Of a DNA stretch of 64,000 bases, positions 54,912 to 64,000 are shown one piece after another. Both the position numbers and the translations under genes were made by a program. Below the pieces are notes generated by a model. That model had not been told where the DNA came from. It saw only the letters and a list, made by a program, of their open reading frames with translations, and searched no databases. The DNA comes from a virus, in IMG/VR virus record IMGVR_UViG_3300027782_000058, positions 27,080 through 91,079 of that record. One strand, given 5' to 3'. Position 1 is the stretch's first letter; each line of letters begins with the position of its first letter.

Positions 54912-56726
54912 ATGACTGTTCTGGCCGAGATTGACCCGGACGGTAGGCGGATTAAGGTTGATCTGCCGTACCGTCTCAAGGAACTTGTGAAGGCCCTGCC
55001 GGGGTCATCTTGGGACTCCAAGGCTGAGGTGTGGCATGTGCCCCTCAGTTGGTCGTCCTGTCTGGCTCTTCGGTCTACGTTCAGGACTGACCTTGAGATC
55101 GGACCTGTGCTCTCTCAGTGGGCGTTTGATCTGCTCAATCAGCAGATCAACCCTGCCAATGCACTCCGTGAGGTTGAGACCGTCGAGGATCCCGCCAATG
55201 AGGATCTCTTTCCCCATCAGCGTGCCGGGGTAGCATTCCTCTCCACCGCCCGCCGTGCGCTTCTCGCAGATGAGCCGGGTCTGGGCAAGACCGCTCAGGC
55301 TATCCGTGCCCTCAAGGCTCTGCAGGACAAAGGAGACGATGTCTTCCCTGCTCTCATCGTCTGCCCCAACACGCTGAAGAAGAACTGGAAGCGCGAGTTC
55401 GAGCAGTGGTGGCCGGGGCTGAACGTTCAGGTCATCAAGGGAACCGCCACTCAGCGGCGCAAGCAATTCGCAAGCGAAGCCGATATCTATGTATGTAACT
55501 GGGAATCCCTGCGCTCTCACTCGCGTCTAGCCCCATACGGTTCCATTGCACTCAAGCGCTGCGTGGAGTGTGGTGGGCATGATGAGACTGTCTCGCTCAC
55601 TCGATGCGAGGTCCACGCTCGGGAACTCAACAGCATCGACTTCAAGTCTGTGGTGGCTGACGAGATTCACCGCTCCAAGGATCCCAAGTCCAAGCAGTCA
55701 CGGGCTCTGTGGGCCGCTACTGGAGACGCCGATATCAGATTCGCTCTCACTGGTACTCCCATCGCCAACAATGCTGTCGACCTCTGGGCGATCCTTCACT
55801 GGATCAGTCCCGAGAACTGGCCCACCAAGACCAAGTGGATCGACCGCTACGTCGACACGATGATGAACGCCTTCGGCGGAATGATCATTCTCGGCATCAA
55901 GCCTTCGATGGAGCAGGAGTTTCACCAGACGATCAATCCTCACATGCGACGGATGCTGAAGGCTCGTGTGCTTCCTTGGCTCCCTGAAGTCATGACTGAG
56001 CGACGAGACGTGGAGATGTCCACGAAGCAGAAGAAGGCATACGAGCAGATGCGCGACAACATGATCGCGGAGTTGGAGAACGACGGATCTGATGGCATCA
56101 TCACGGCCCCGAGTGTGCTGACTCAGACGACTCGTTTAGTACAACTTGCCAACTCGTATGCAGAGACTCACGTCGATGAGACGACCGGGGAGATGACACT
56201 CCGTCTGGCTGAGCCTTCATGCAAGGTCGACTCCTTGATGGATGACATCAAGAACGGGGACTTTGGTGACGACTCGGTGGCTGTATGCGCTGTGTCCCGT
56301 CAGTTGATCGAACTGCTCAGTGCCGCACTGACCAAGGCTGGTATTGAGCATGGCCTCATCACTGGAGCGCAGGACGAAGACGAGCGTCAGAAGTCGATTG
56401 ACGACTTTCAGTCAGGCAAGACCAAGTGGATCTTGTTCACGGCTCAGGCTGGTGGGGTCGGTGTCACCTTGACAGCAGCGCGTCGTCTTGTCATGCTTCA
56501 GCGTCCGTGGTCGCTGGTAGATCACAAGCAGGCTCTGGATCGTGTTCACCGTATCGGTTCTGAGATTCACGACTCGATCATCATCATGGACTACGTCACT
56601 GAGAACACGATTGAGGATCGGGTAATTCAGGCCCTTGAGGCAAAGGCAGACAACTTCGATCAGATCGTCCGAGACCGAGCCAAGTTGCTCGACCTTCTCA
56701 AGGATGACAAGTCAGGAAAATCATGA
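54912..56726 (+). CDS. SNF2-family helicase
   Basis: LADEPGLGKT, DEIH, LTGTP, GVGVTL, QALDRVHRIG. Confidence 0.93.
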   Translation: MTVLAEIDPDGRRIKVDLPYRLKELVKALPGSSWDSKAEVWHVPLSWSSCLALRSTFRTDLEIGPVLSQWAFDLLNQQINPANALREVETVEDPANEDLFPHQRAGVAFLSTARRALLADEPGLGKTAQAIRALKALQDKGDDVFPALIVCPNTLKKNWKREFEQWWPGLNVQVIKGTATQRRKQFASEADIYVCNWESLRSHSRLAPYGSIALKRCVECGGHDETVSLTRCEVHARELNSIDFKSVVADEIHRSKDPKSKQSRALWAATGDADIRFALTGTPIANNAVDLWAILHWISPENWPTKTKWIDRYVDTMMNAFGGMIILGIKPSMEQEFHQTINPHMRRMLKARVLPWLPEVMTERRDVEMSTKQKKAYEQMRDNMIAELENDGSDGIITAPSVLTQTTRLVQLANSYAETHVDETTGEMTLRLAEPSCKVDSLMDDIKNGDFGDDSVAVCAVSRQLIELLSAALTKAGIEHGLITGAQDEDERQKSIDDFQSGKTKWILFTAQAGGVGVTLTAARRLVMLQRPWSLVDHKQALDRVHRIGSEIHDSIIIMDYVTENTIEDRVIQALEAKADNFDQIVRDRAKLLDLLKDDKSGKS

Positions 56727-56863
56727 CGATCCTAGAACTGAACGATCAAGAGTACGCATGCGCGATCATGCGCGGCTGCGGAGTTCTCAATATCGCTGCA
56801 GCCCTAGGTAGGGACCACTCGCTCGACTGCAGATTCTGCACAGGAAAGATGGAGATCACATGA
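56723..56863 (+). CDS. 46-aa Cys-rich peptide (MTILELNDQEYACAIMRGCGVLNIAAALGRDHSLDCRFCTGKMEIT)
   Basis: Not in the ORF track; ATGA overlaps at both ends. Confidence 0.65.
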   Translation: MTILELNDQEYACAIMRGCGVLNIAAALGRDHSLDCRFCTGKMEIT

Positions 56864-57783
56864 CAGTAAGACTTTCTAACTCAGAGATCCAAACGTTCAA
56901 GGATTGCCGACGCAAGTGGTGGCTGGCCTACTACCGACGACTGCAGCCCCTTTACAAGGAGACGACTGGAGCGCTTGCACTCGGCTCTCGCGTTCACGAA
57001 GCGCTGGACATGTATTACTCGAAGGACATTCCTCTTCTGGTGGCCCACGCTGAGTTGGTCGAGAAGGATCGACTTCTTGTAGCCGATCACATGTTCGGCA
57101 CTGAAACCCTCGACAAGGAAGCCGACCTAGGTCGCATCATGCTGGAGGGATACCTTCAGTGGATCGAGGAGGAGGGCATCGACATGGAACTTGAGTTCGT
57201 GTCCTCCGAGGAGAAGATCTCGGCCAGCCTGTTCAATGGTGAGGTTGAGTTGCAGGGAAAGTTGGACATGCGTGTCCGGCGTAGGGCAGATGGTGTCCGG
57301 TTGTTCCGAGACTTCAAGACAGTCGGAGGAAGTCTCTCGGACTTTGCCAACCTTGCTCAGACTAACGAGCAGATCCTCACCTACATGCTTCTTGAGTCAA
57401 TGAAGGTCGATGAGCCCGAGCGTTGCGAGGGCGGCATCTTCACGATGCTCAAGAAAGTTCGTCGTACTGCTGCTGCGAAGCCGCCGTTCTACGATCAGAT
57501 CACAGTTCGACACAACGTGTTCGCGCTCAGGACTTTTTGGAAGCGAATTCACGGAACAATCGCAGACATGATGCGAGTGCGTAAGGCACTTGATGACGGT
57601 GAGGATCATGCGTTTGTCGCATACCCACGCCCGACTCGTGACTGCAAGTGGAAGTGCCAGTTCAGCACCATCTGCCCGATGTTCGATGACGGCAGTGCAG
57701 TAGAGGAAGCCATATCTGACATGTTCACAGAGGGCGATCCTTACGACTACTACAACACCAACGAATCAAAAGGAAGTGAGTGA
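56860..57783 (+). CDS. Cas4/RecB-like PD-(D/E)xK exonuclease
   Basis: LSNSEIQTFKDCRRKW, GKLD...RDFKT, Q..TY, C..C...C. Confidence 0.9.
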   Translation: MTVRLSNSEIQTFKDCRRKWWLAYYRRLQPLYKETTGALALGSRVHEALDMYYSKDIPLLVAHAELVEKDRLLVADHMFGTETLDKEADLGRIMLEGYLQWIEEEGIDMELEFVSSEEKISASLFNGEVELQGKLDMRVRRRADGVRLFRDFKTVGGSLSDFANLAQTNEQILTYMLLESMKVDEPERCEGGIFTMLKKVRRTAAAKPPFYDQITVRHNVFALRTFWKRIHGTIADMMRVRKALDDGEDHAFVAYPRPTRDCKWKCQFSTICPMFDDGSAVEEAISDMFTEGDPYDYYNTNESKGSE

Positions 57784-57786
57784 CGT

Positions 57787-58578
57787 ATGAGTGTTATTCA
57801 ACGCTCTCTCACGGTGATGGTGTACGGCGAGTCCAAGGTCGGTAAGTCGACCTTCGCTGTCACCGCTCCGTACCCTCGACTGATGCTTGATGTGGAAGGC
57901 GGTCACCGCTTCCTTCCCGTCATCGTCAAGTACTGGGATCCGATGCGGGAGGAGCCTCCTGTCGCTGATGGCACTTGGGACACATGCGTTGTCACGGTTC
58001 GTGACTACGACACGGTTCTCAAGGCGTACGCATGGCTACAGACTGGCAAGCACCAGTTCAAGAGCCTGATCATCGACTCGATCTCCGAGTTGCAGGTCAA
58101 GTGCATGGATCAGATTGCTGGGTCCGAAGCGATGAAGATGCAGCAGTGGGGAGAGTTGCTTCGCCACATGGGAGGTCTTCTCCGCGATCTTCGTGACCTG
58201 ACGATGCACCCGACCAATCCGCTGGAGGCGGTGGTCTTGACCGCTATGGCGCGTCAGGATCAGACTGGCCGCTACAAGCCTTACCTTCAGGGTCAGTTGG
58301 CGATTCAGGCTCCGTACTTCTATGACATCCTCGGTGCTCTCACCGTCGAAGAGGTGTCCAACCCTGATCCAATGCAGCCCCCGTACAAGGTTCGACGGAT
58401 GTACGTCGAGCGGACGAACACCTATGAAGCGGGTGAGCGTGTGCAGGGTCGTCTTGGCTCAATCGTCGAGCAGGAGAATCTTTCTATCGAACGCATGCTT
58501 GACATTACCTTCGGCTCAGCCCAAGATCAGAACAGCGCAAGAAAGACAAACACCAAAAAGGAAGAGGTTGCATCATGA
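57787..58578 (+). CDS. AAA_24 / Sak4-like P-loop ATPase
   Basis: YGESKVGKST, LIIDSISE. Confidence 0.88.
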   Translation: MSVIQRSLTVMVYGESKVGKSTFAVTAPYPRLMLDVEGGHRFLPVIVKYWDPMREEPPVADGTWDTCVVTVRDYDTVLKAYAWLQTGKHQFKSLIIDSISELQVKCMDQIAGSEAMKMQQWGELLRHMGGLLRDLRDLTMHPTNPLEAVVLTAMARQDQTGRYKPYLQGQLAIQAPYFYDILGALTVEEVSNPDPMQPPYKVRRMYVERTNTYEAGERVQGRLGSIVEQENLSIERMLDITFGSAQDQNSARKTNTKKEEVAS

Positions 58579-59108
58579 CATCGCTCAACTGGAACGACCT
58601 GATCAAGGACGCTGGAGACAGCGGCGCATCATTCGAACCCCTGCCCGATGGGGACTACGATCTGGAGATCGCTGAGGCCACTGCGACTGTGACGCAGTCG
58701 GGCAAGGCTATGTTCAAGGTCAAGGCTCAGGTTCTCTCTGGCCCGCACGCCAAGCGTCTGGTCTGGGACAACCTCGTGGTCTCTCCCGAGAACCCGAACG
58801 CTCTCGGCATCTTCTTCCGCAAGATGTCTGCTCTCGGTCTTGGTCAGGAGTTCTTCGCCAACAACCCGAGCAACGCTCAGATCGAGTCGGCGATGCTCAA
58901 GCGTCGGTTCCGTGCTCAGATCGGCTCTCGGACGTGGAACGGTCAGAAGCGCAACGAGGTCAAGAACTACTACCCGGCTCAGCAGACTGCGACCGCCTCG
59001 GCGGCTCCTGCCCCTGCCCCTGCCCCTGCCCCTGCCCCTGCTCCTGCTCCGGCACCGGCTCCTGCCACTGCGGCAGAAGCCACTATGGCCCCGGCTGCTC
59101 CTTTCTAG
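58575..59108 (+). CDS. DUF669-type ssDNA-binding protein with an (AP)n tail
   Basis: FEPLPDGDY...GPHAKRLVWDNL...RNEVKNY; adjacent to the Sak4-like gene. Confidence 0.8.
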   Translation: MTSLNWNDLIKDAGDSGASFEPLPDGDYDLEIAEATATVTQSGKAMFKVKAQVLSGPHAKRLVWDNLVVSPENPNALGIFFRKMSALGLGQEFFANNPSNAQIESAMLKRRFRAQIGSRTWNGQKRNEVKNYYPAQQTATASAAPAPAPAPAPAPAPAPAPAPATAAEATMAPAAPF

Positions 59109-59125
59109 GACTGGTATCGCTGGTT

Positions 59126-59148
59126 CGTCGCCCGCTAGTCGGGCGGCG
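59126..59148 (+). terminator. Hairpin after the SSB gene
   Basis: CGTCGCCCG-CTAGT-CGGGCGGCG. Confidence 0.5.
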
Positions 59149-59177
59149 TTCCAGTTGGACTAGACGAGAGGACTTCC

Positions 59178-60194
59178 ATGAGAGTGCTTCTGACAGGCTG
59201 CACGTCGCAGCATGTATCAAAGAGCATCAATGACAGAATCCCCACATTCGCTGGACTCCTCAAGAAAGCATTGACAGGAGCAAGTAATGATGTAGTTTGG
59301 ATTGAGCCCTCGATGAGCATGGATGAGGAGTACGTCTCCTCATTTGATCTAGTCATCGTCGGCCTTGTGTCGCCTAACAGTCTGGTGGCCAACTACCTAT
59401 ACCCAGCACTTTCCGTGGCTGAGCACGCCTATCGGTCGGGAAACCTTGTCCTCATGACTGATGCCCCTGAGCCTCAGCGCCTATGGGCTGGTCTTGTGGC
59501 CGTTTCTGCCTCTCCTGAGAGCCTCCTGAAGGCCCTGTACGCCCGCAGGAAGGACTATGACAAGGCATGCGCCCCTGAGGTAGAGAAGCGGCTCAAAGGG
59601 TTCATACAGGCTCTCACAAGCGACGAATGGCCTCTCACTATTGCCCCATCTTTTCCGTGGACCGATCCCACGTTCCTTACTAGGCATATCCCGACGCTCA
59701 CTCAGGAGCGGTCTGCTGGAATCAACCTAGACTCTATGATAAATATCGGCAGTCTTCCCGATGCTGACGAAGGCTCATACTGGTGCGCTGAGGCTCCTGT
59801 CACTCCGTGGAGCACGAAGATGTCCAAGACTCTGGCTCTTCCGGTGGTACCTCTCAAGCAGGACCGAGCAGATGATATGCCAGTCATTGTTGAGCGGCTC
59901 AGGGGGAGTATCGGGACACTGGTCAGCACGCACCGGGGAGGGGAGCCGTGGTGGACGCCTGCTGTGTCGATCTCCCTCAAGGCTTATACTCCTGTCATCT
60001 CAGACTGGCGTGCTACTGAACATCTCGGTTGGATCTGGTCGATGCTTCCTGCAAACATCGAGGAGATGAGCCTTGAAGTCCGACGTGACTTGGCGACCCA
60101 ACAGGCTGCATCATACAAATCTAACACCCTAGACAGCATGCGCTCTATGGCGGCACTCATGTCCGTACTGAAGACTGCGGTTCCTGTGTCCTGA
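59178..60194 (+). CDS. Hypothetical protein, possibly GT-B glycosyltransferase-like
   Basis: Rossmann-like start MRVLLTG, FDLVIVG, C-terminal WW...TPVISDW; function uncertain. Confidence 0.6.
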   Translation: MRVLLTGCTSQHVSKSINDRIPTFAGLLKKALTGASNDVVWIEPSMSMDEEYVSSFDLVIVGLVSPNSLVANYLYPALSVAEHAYRSGNLVLMTDAPEPQRLWAGLVAVSASPESLLKALYARRKDYDKACAPEVEKRLKGFIQALTSDEWPLTIAPSFPWTDPTFLTRHIPTLTQERSAGINLDSMINIGSLPDADEGSYWCAEAPVTPWSTKMSKTLALPVVPLKQDRADDMPVIVERLRGSIGTLVSTHRGGEPWWTPAVSISLKAYTPVISDWRATEHLGWIWSMLPANIEEMSLEVRRDLATQQAASYKSNTLDSMRSMAALMSVLKTAVPVS

Positions 60195-60243
60195 ATAATT
60201 TTCTTGTCGGCGAACTGACTCTTTCTGCCCTAGGATTTTGACT

Positions 60244-60489
60244 ATGACTGAATACTCAGACTCGACACGATGGACACCAGCAAACCACTCGCAACTGGTT
60301 AATGGGGATCTTGTCCGAGTGCTTCCAAATGCCTTTGGACATCGAGCCGGTGAGATCCATAATGGGAGAGTCGGAGTCGTCATTGACATCTCGGACGGTG
60401 ACATCGTGGTCAAGTCTGTAGATGACAAGTTTCCAGTCCTGAAAGCAGCGCACTACCCGATCTACAAGTTAGAAAAGAGTGCCGGATGA
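60244..60489 (+). CDS. SH3/KOW-like small protein
   Basis: GDLVRV...HNGRVGVVI; TAGGAT ends 7 nt before the ATG. Confidence 0.7.
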   Translation: MTEYSDSTRWTPANHSQLVNGDLVRVLPNAFGHRAGEIHNGRVGVVIDISDGDIVVKSVDDKFPVLKAAHYPIYKLEKSAG

Positions 60490-60704
60490 TCACCGCAGTT
60501 ATCCATCTGAACGTTGATGGAGACTCGTATGACGAGATCTTGGACAAGACGTACAAGATTCTTGGAGTAGTGCTTGACTTGGACTCAGATCAGGTACAGG
60601 ATCAAGTCAACATCGAGATCGAGATCTTTGAAAACGAAGAACTGATGGAAAATGACTCAGACCTGACGGCCACTATCACAGCAAGGTTGAAGAATGTCAG
60701 ATAA
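60486..60704 (+). CDS. Acidic hypothetical protein
   Basis: ATGA coupling. Confidence 0.7.
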   Translation: MITAVIHLNVDGDSYDEILDKTYKILGVVLDLDSDQVQDQVNIEIEIFENEELMENDSDLTATITARLKNVR

Positions 60705-61074
60705 CGATACCGTGACCACTCCTGCAGCCCCAGCCCCAGCCCCCAGTGCTGCTGCTGCTAAGGACAAGACTCAGGCGGCGCAGGAAACAGTTGAACTTCG
60801 AGTAGAGGCTCTCCGAGAAGCGGCAGCAATCATCAGTAGTGATCGTAATGTCCAGTACGGACCTCCTGAAGAGAACTTCCAGAGGATTGCTGATCTCTGG
60901 TCCCTGCTGTTCGGTATCCCGATTACGCAGGAAGACGTTGCAATGGCATTCGTCGCCACCAAGATGGCGCGTTACATGAACCGCAGTTCCGGCTTCCAGC
61001 GCGACACTTGGATTGACATTGTTGGGTATGCAGGCTGTGGCTATGAAGTAGGGATGAAAGCCTCAAGCAAGTAG
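60694..61074 (+). CDS. DUF6378-like (nucleotide pyrophosphohydrolase-related) protein
   Basis: DRNVQYGPPEENFQRIADLWS...DVAM...KMAR...DTWIDIVGYA. Confidence 0.8.
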   Translation: MSDNDTVTTPAAPAPAPSAAAAKDKTQAAQETVELRVEALREAAAIISSDRNVQYGPPEENFQRIADLWSLLFGIPITQEDVAMAFVATKMARYMNRSSGFQRDTWIDIVGYAGCGYEVGMKASSK

Positions 61075-61110
61075 GGCAAAAATTTTCTTTAAAACAGACT
61101 TTGGGAGCAT

Positions 61111-61413
61111 TTGTTGAGCCGGAATTCAATCTATCAAATCACGCCTCCGTGGAACTTTGATCAACCTCTATGCGCTGAGATTGGTGTAGAGATGTACTAC
61201 TTTGACTCTAAAGACGTGGATCTTCTTCCAAAAAGTGGCTATGACGTGGTGAAGAGTCTTTGCTTCAAGTGCGCGCATCAGACCGACTGCCTTGAATGGG
61301 GCATCAGGTACGAAAGTCATGGGCTCTGGGGTGGAGCCTCTGAGACTCGTCGTAGAGAGATTCGCAAGGAACGAGGAATTGTCCTTAACGAGGATCTTGA
61401 CCGATCTGCATGA
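61111..61413 (+). CDS. whiB: WhiB-family transcription factor
   Basis: C...KSLCFKC...C...GLWGG. Confidence 0.9.
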   Translation: MLSRNSIYQITPPWNFDQPLCAEIGVEMYYFDSKDVDLLPKSGYDVVKSLCFKCAHQTDCLEWGIRYESHGLWGGASETRRREIRKERGIVLNEDLDRSA

Positions 61414-61466
61414 CCATACTCCACTAAAATGATGTGTGTATGCACGTCATTTATGGAGGTGTTCTA

Positions 61467-61790
61467 ATGGCAGCCAGTTCGTCAGTGCCACTGGCGATGT
61501 GTGAGTCATGCTGGCTCGTGGAGAACACCATGTGGGAGCCCGAGAGCATGGACGAAAACGGGCAGGTATTCGTTCGTCTTGTCGGTGTAGGCATGCCTGA
61601 AATCGTCGGAGCAGACACTGTAGAGGTCTGCTGCATGTGCGGAGAACTTACCGTCGTCGGCATCTATGTACTCAGAGACCCGTCAACTGTCCCCTTCCCA
61701 GATGGAGGAGAGGCAGACGGATTCGGCTTTGAAGTGGAAATGTCTGACTCAGACTCTGACTTTGAGACTGACTTTGAGGATGATGACTGA
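61467..61790 (+). CDS. Zn-binding acidic hypothetical protein (CESC...CCMC)
   Basis: GGAGG RBS, ATG 61467. Confidence 0.75.
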   Translation: MAASSSVPLAMCESCWLVENTMWEPESMDENGQVFVRLVGVGMPEIVGADTVEVCCMCGELTVVGIYVLRDPSTVPFPDGGEADGFGFEVEMSDSDSDFETDFEDDD

Positions 61791-62131
61791 TGAAGGACCA
61801 TCGTCATGGGGATCAGTTGTGGGAAGAGTGGACCGGAAACGGGTATGAAAAACTCTTAGATGGAATCGTGTACTTCACGCACCCACATGTGTCACTTGAC
61901 GAAGATGTCGTGAAAAGAGCACTGGCATCAGCACTCCAGCGAGATGGAGTTGCAGACTCCCTTGGGATCGGATTCAAGATGGTCGAGTTCGCTACCATTT
62001 CATATCAATGGTCAGGATATGTGAGCGAAGAAATGCAGATGTCCTTCTGTGACGAGTCTGGTGAGACTTTCTATGGTGACTCAGTCGAAGTAGTCTTTCC
62101 GACCACCTTTGTGGAAATTGACTACCTTTAA
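61790..62131 (+). CDS. Hypothetical protein
   Basis: TGATG coupling. Confidence 0.75.
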   Translation: MKDHRHGDQLWEEWTGNGYEKLLDGIVYFTHPHVSLDEDVVKRALASALQRDGVADSLGIGFKMVEFATISYQWSGYVSEEMQMSFCDESGETFYGDSVEVVFPTTFVEIDYL

Positions 62132-62168
62132 TCAACAAATGAGAAGAATGCTCTGTAGAATACAGTGC

Positions 62169-62669
62169 ATGTGGTCTCCGGCAAACAACCTCTCATGGCA
62201 GCGCGACTCCGAGTGCTCCAAACCAGAGAATGCCGAGGCTCTAGAATGGTTCTTCTCCCCCGACTTCAATCAAAAGTATCAGGCCAAAAACCTCTGCCAC
62301 TCGTGTCCTGTCCGCAAGGAGTGCCTTCAGTGGGCTCTTGAGCATCGCCAGATCTGGGGAATCTGGGGAGGCCGTGATGAGATTGACATTCGAAGAGCGC
62401 TCTCTGTCTCCTACAACGGAGAAGAAACTCGTCGTCGTAGATATCCAAACTGTCCTTACTGTTCAGCCCGTCCATCAAAGTTGGTCACGGATACGGTCGA
62501 CGTTCCCGGTGGCGGTCGCTGGACAACAGCAAAGATTGTCAGATGCACTGAGTGTGACTTTTCATGGAGAAGTCGTACGAGTGTCAATGCTGTCAAGGCA
62601 TATCAGGCTGAGAAAACAGAAAAGGCGGCTAAAGCCGCCAAAGAACGAGAGACAAAGAAAAAGCCCTAA
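62169..62669 (+). CDS. whiB: WhiB-family protein fused to a C-terminal zinc ribbon
   Basis: C...AKNLCHSCPVRKEC...GIWGG plus CPYC...CTEC; TAGAAT ends 7 nt before ATG 62169. Confidence 0.9.
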   Translation: MWSPANNLSWQRDSECSKPENAEALEWFFSPDFNQKYQAKNLCHSCPVRKECLQWALEHRQIWGIWGGRDEIDIRRALSVSYNGEETRRRRYPNCPYCSARPSKLVTDTVDVPGGGRWTTAKIVRCTECDFSWRSRTSVNAVKAYQAEKTEKAAKAAKERETKKKP

Positions 62670-64000
62670 ACGGGAAGTCCCCAACCAATGAATGACGCTG
62701 GGTAGTACTGACTGGACATGACTTCTTGTAGTTGCGCTTGATCTGAGAATCCTCTGAATCCTGTGACTCTAGTGTTGATCTGGTCCAGCGCAGTCACACT
62801 GTCTAGAAGGTTAGTTCGTATTCTCTGCCCAACGTTGGACAGACTGTCGACAGTGGTAAGCGCCTGAGGTACTGGTCTGCTCTGGGTAAGTGTTCGTGAT
62901 GCTGTATCCAGCATCGATACCGAATCTGATAGTGCTCTCTGCAAAGACTTAGGACTAGCAATCACGTCAGAAGAAGACATCGAGTCAAGGGCACTTCGTA
63001 CGGCAGTGACTCTAGCCAGTACAGAGTCTCCACTGCTGATCGTTTCTAGCAGCGTTCGTACTCGCACTATCGAAGATGCCACAGTATCTGCAGCAGTAAT
63101 CGTGTCAGAAATGACTCGATATACAGCACCAAGAACTAAATCAGAGAGTGTGACTGAATCTTCCGTAGGTCTACTCAGTGTTTGTGATCTAGAGAGACTG
63201 TCAGATGTAGTGATCGAGTCTGAAAGTGCGCGGCTGAGTGCTGATACAGCAGTAATCGGCAGCACCACAGTTGACTGACGTGTACCCGCTGCTGACTTGT
63301 TGATCGTAACTGTTTGACCTGTAGTTGCAAGGAACGTAGTTGAGGCCGCACTAGTGATCCGATTGCAATTAACGTCGAGGACGGTGGTGCCGTTGATGCC
63401 GTTGAGGAATAGAAACCTTCCATAACGGCCCGCTAGGACGTTGGTGTATCCGGTTCCAAACGACCCAAAGGCAAGGTCTTCCGTTGATGCATTAGGTGTG
63501 CCACTGGTCACTGTTCGCGTGGTGCCCAACTGTGTCCACGTTGACCCATCCGGCGAAGTATAGAAGATCACTTCGCCCGTTGACGCCAGATAGGTTGTTC
63601 TAACCCAGAGCCACAAATTGGTGAAACCGCTGTCGACGGCGGCGTTAGACGTTGCGGTCCTGAAAGTCGAGCCGTCGGAAAGAATCAGCCCGAGCGACCC
63701 ATTGGTGTTTACGGGAAAGTACCAACTTGACGTTAAAGCCGTACCAGAATAACGACCTGCTAGACCACTCTGTGTGGACGGGCGCCACGTCTCAAGGTTG
63801 ACATAGGCTCGGATATCAAGGTCGGTAACATTGAATGAGGTGCTCGTCGGGACGGTGAGACGGTTGACCCCAGAACCCGGCAGGTACACATAGCCGACAG
63901 ATTCAGAGTCAAGAGATGCATACTTTTCTGCAAGTGCGCGTGGCTTAGAAGATGATCTAGTTAACGCATCAGACGAGGTGATGCTGTCACTTATTGATCG
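62666..64000 (-). CDS. Partial virion-type protein: LamG/ConA-like domain among about 19-aa RxLSDSxTxSD repeats
   Basis: Frame stays open to the window end (RSISDSITSSDAL...); DLDIRAYV...WLWVRTT...FYTSPDGSTWTQLG. Confidence 0.75.
   Translation of the reverse strand, partial: RSISDSITSSDALTRSSSKPRALAEKYASLDSESVGYVYLPGSGVNRLTVPTSTSFNVTDLDIRAYVNLETWRPSTQSGLAGRYSGTALTSSWYFPVNTNGSLGLILSDGSTFRTATSNAAVDSGFTNLWLWVRTTYLASTGEVIFYTSPDGSTWTQLGTTRTVTSGTPNASTEDLAFGSFGTGYTNVLAGRYGRFLFLNGINGTTVLDVNCNRITSAASTTFLATTGQTVTINKSAAGTRQSTVVLPITAVSALSRALSDSITTSDSLSRSQTLSRPTEDSVTLSDLVLGAVYRVISDTITAADTVASSIVRVRTLLETISSGDSVLARVTAVRSALDSMSSSDVIASPKSLQRALSDSVSMLDTASRTLTQSRPVPQALTTVDSLSNVGQRIRTNLLDSVTALDQINTRVTGFRGFSDQAQLQEVMSSQYYPASFIGWGLPV

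Noticed and set aside
56860-57783. Cas4 as evidence of a CRISPR system
   Set aside because: It is a stand-alone Cas4/RecB-like nuclease in the usual nuclease-Sak4-SSB recombination module.
59002-59065. (GCCCCT)n repeat as a regulatory repeat
   Set aside because: It is the in-frame Ala-Pro linker of the SSB tail.
61075-61092. A-tract box copy upstream of whiB (AAGAAAATTTTTGCCC on the minus strand)
   Set aside because: It is only a partial match in locally AT-rich DNA and cannot be distinguished from chance.
10451-62478. Numerous minus-strand ORFs inside structural and replication genes
   Set aside because: They are antisense shadows of strongly biased + strand genes, with no RBS or motifs.
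9996-62669. Genome-wide TAG reassignment
   Set aside because: Many genes end cleanly at TAG with the next gene starting immediately (12909, 22277, 23212, 31449, 50902). Only 36612 looks internal.
1-64000. tRNA or rRNA genes
   Set aside because: No cloverleaf or T-loop pattern was seen in intergenic gaps by eye; tRNAscan-SE would confirm.

Overview
A 64-kb segment of a large tailed (siphovirus-type) phage of Actinomycetota, probably lytic. The host call rests on two WhiB genes, leaderless-style promoters and virion genes resembling those of cluster-B/Rosebush-like mycobacteriophages. (1) About 1-8.1 kb is a very GC-rich array of about 14 self-contained expression cassettes. Each has a sigma-A-like promoter, a 5' stem-loop, a CTAGGGAG RBS, a tiny unrelated ORF and a UNCG/GNRA-capped terminator, and most spacers carry an A-tract box (GAAAAAATCTTT). 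(2) About 8.1-8.75 kb is a non-coding block of nested tandem, direct and inverted repeats. (3) 8.8-51.5 kb is the virion operon: portal, a 3121-aa polyvalent protein (DEDDh nuclease plus GNAT), Dps, a 1498-aa prohead-protease polyprotein, hexamer and pentamer capsid proteins, tail tube, adaptor, a tail chaperone with a probable -1 frameshift and an in-frame amber codon, tape measure, and minor tail proteins carrying a repeated beta-domain. (4) 52-62.7 kb holds replication, recombination and regulation genes (PolA, deaminase, RuvC-like, SNF2 helicase, Cas4/RecB-like nuclease, AAA, SSB, two WhiB). A convergent LamG-repeat gene runs off the right end. No terminase, lysis genes, integrase, tRNA or CRISPR array were seen. 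Family names come from motifs recognised by eye; no database search was run.
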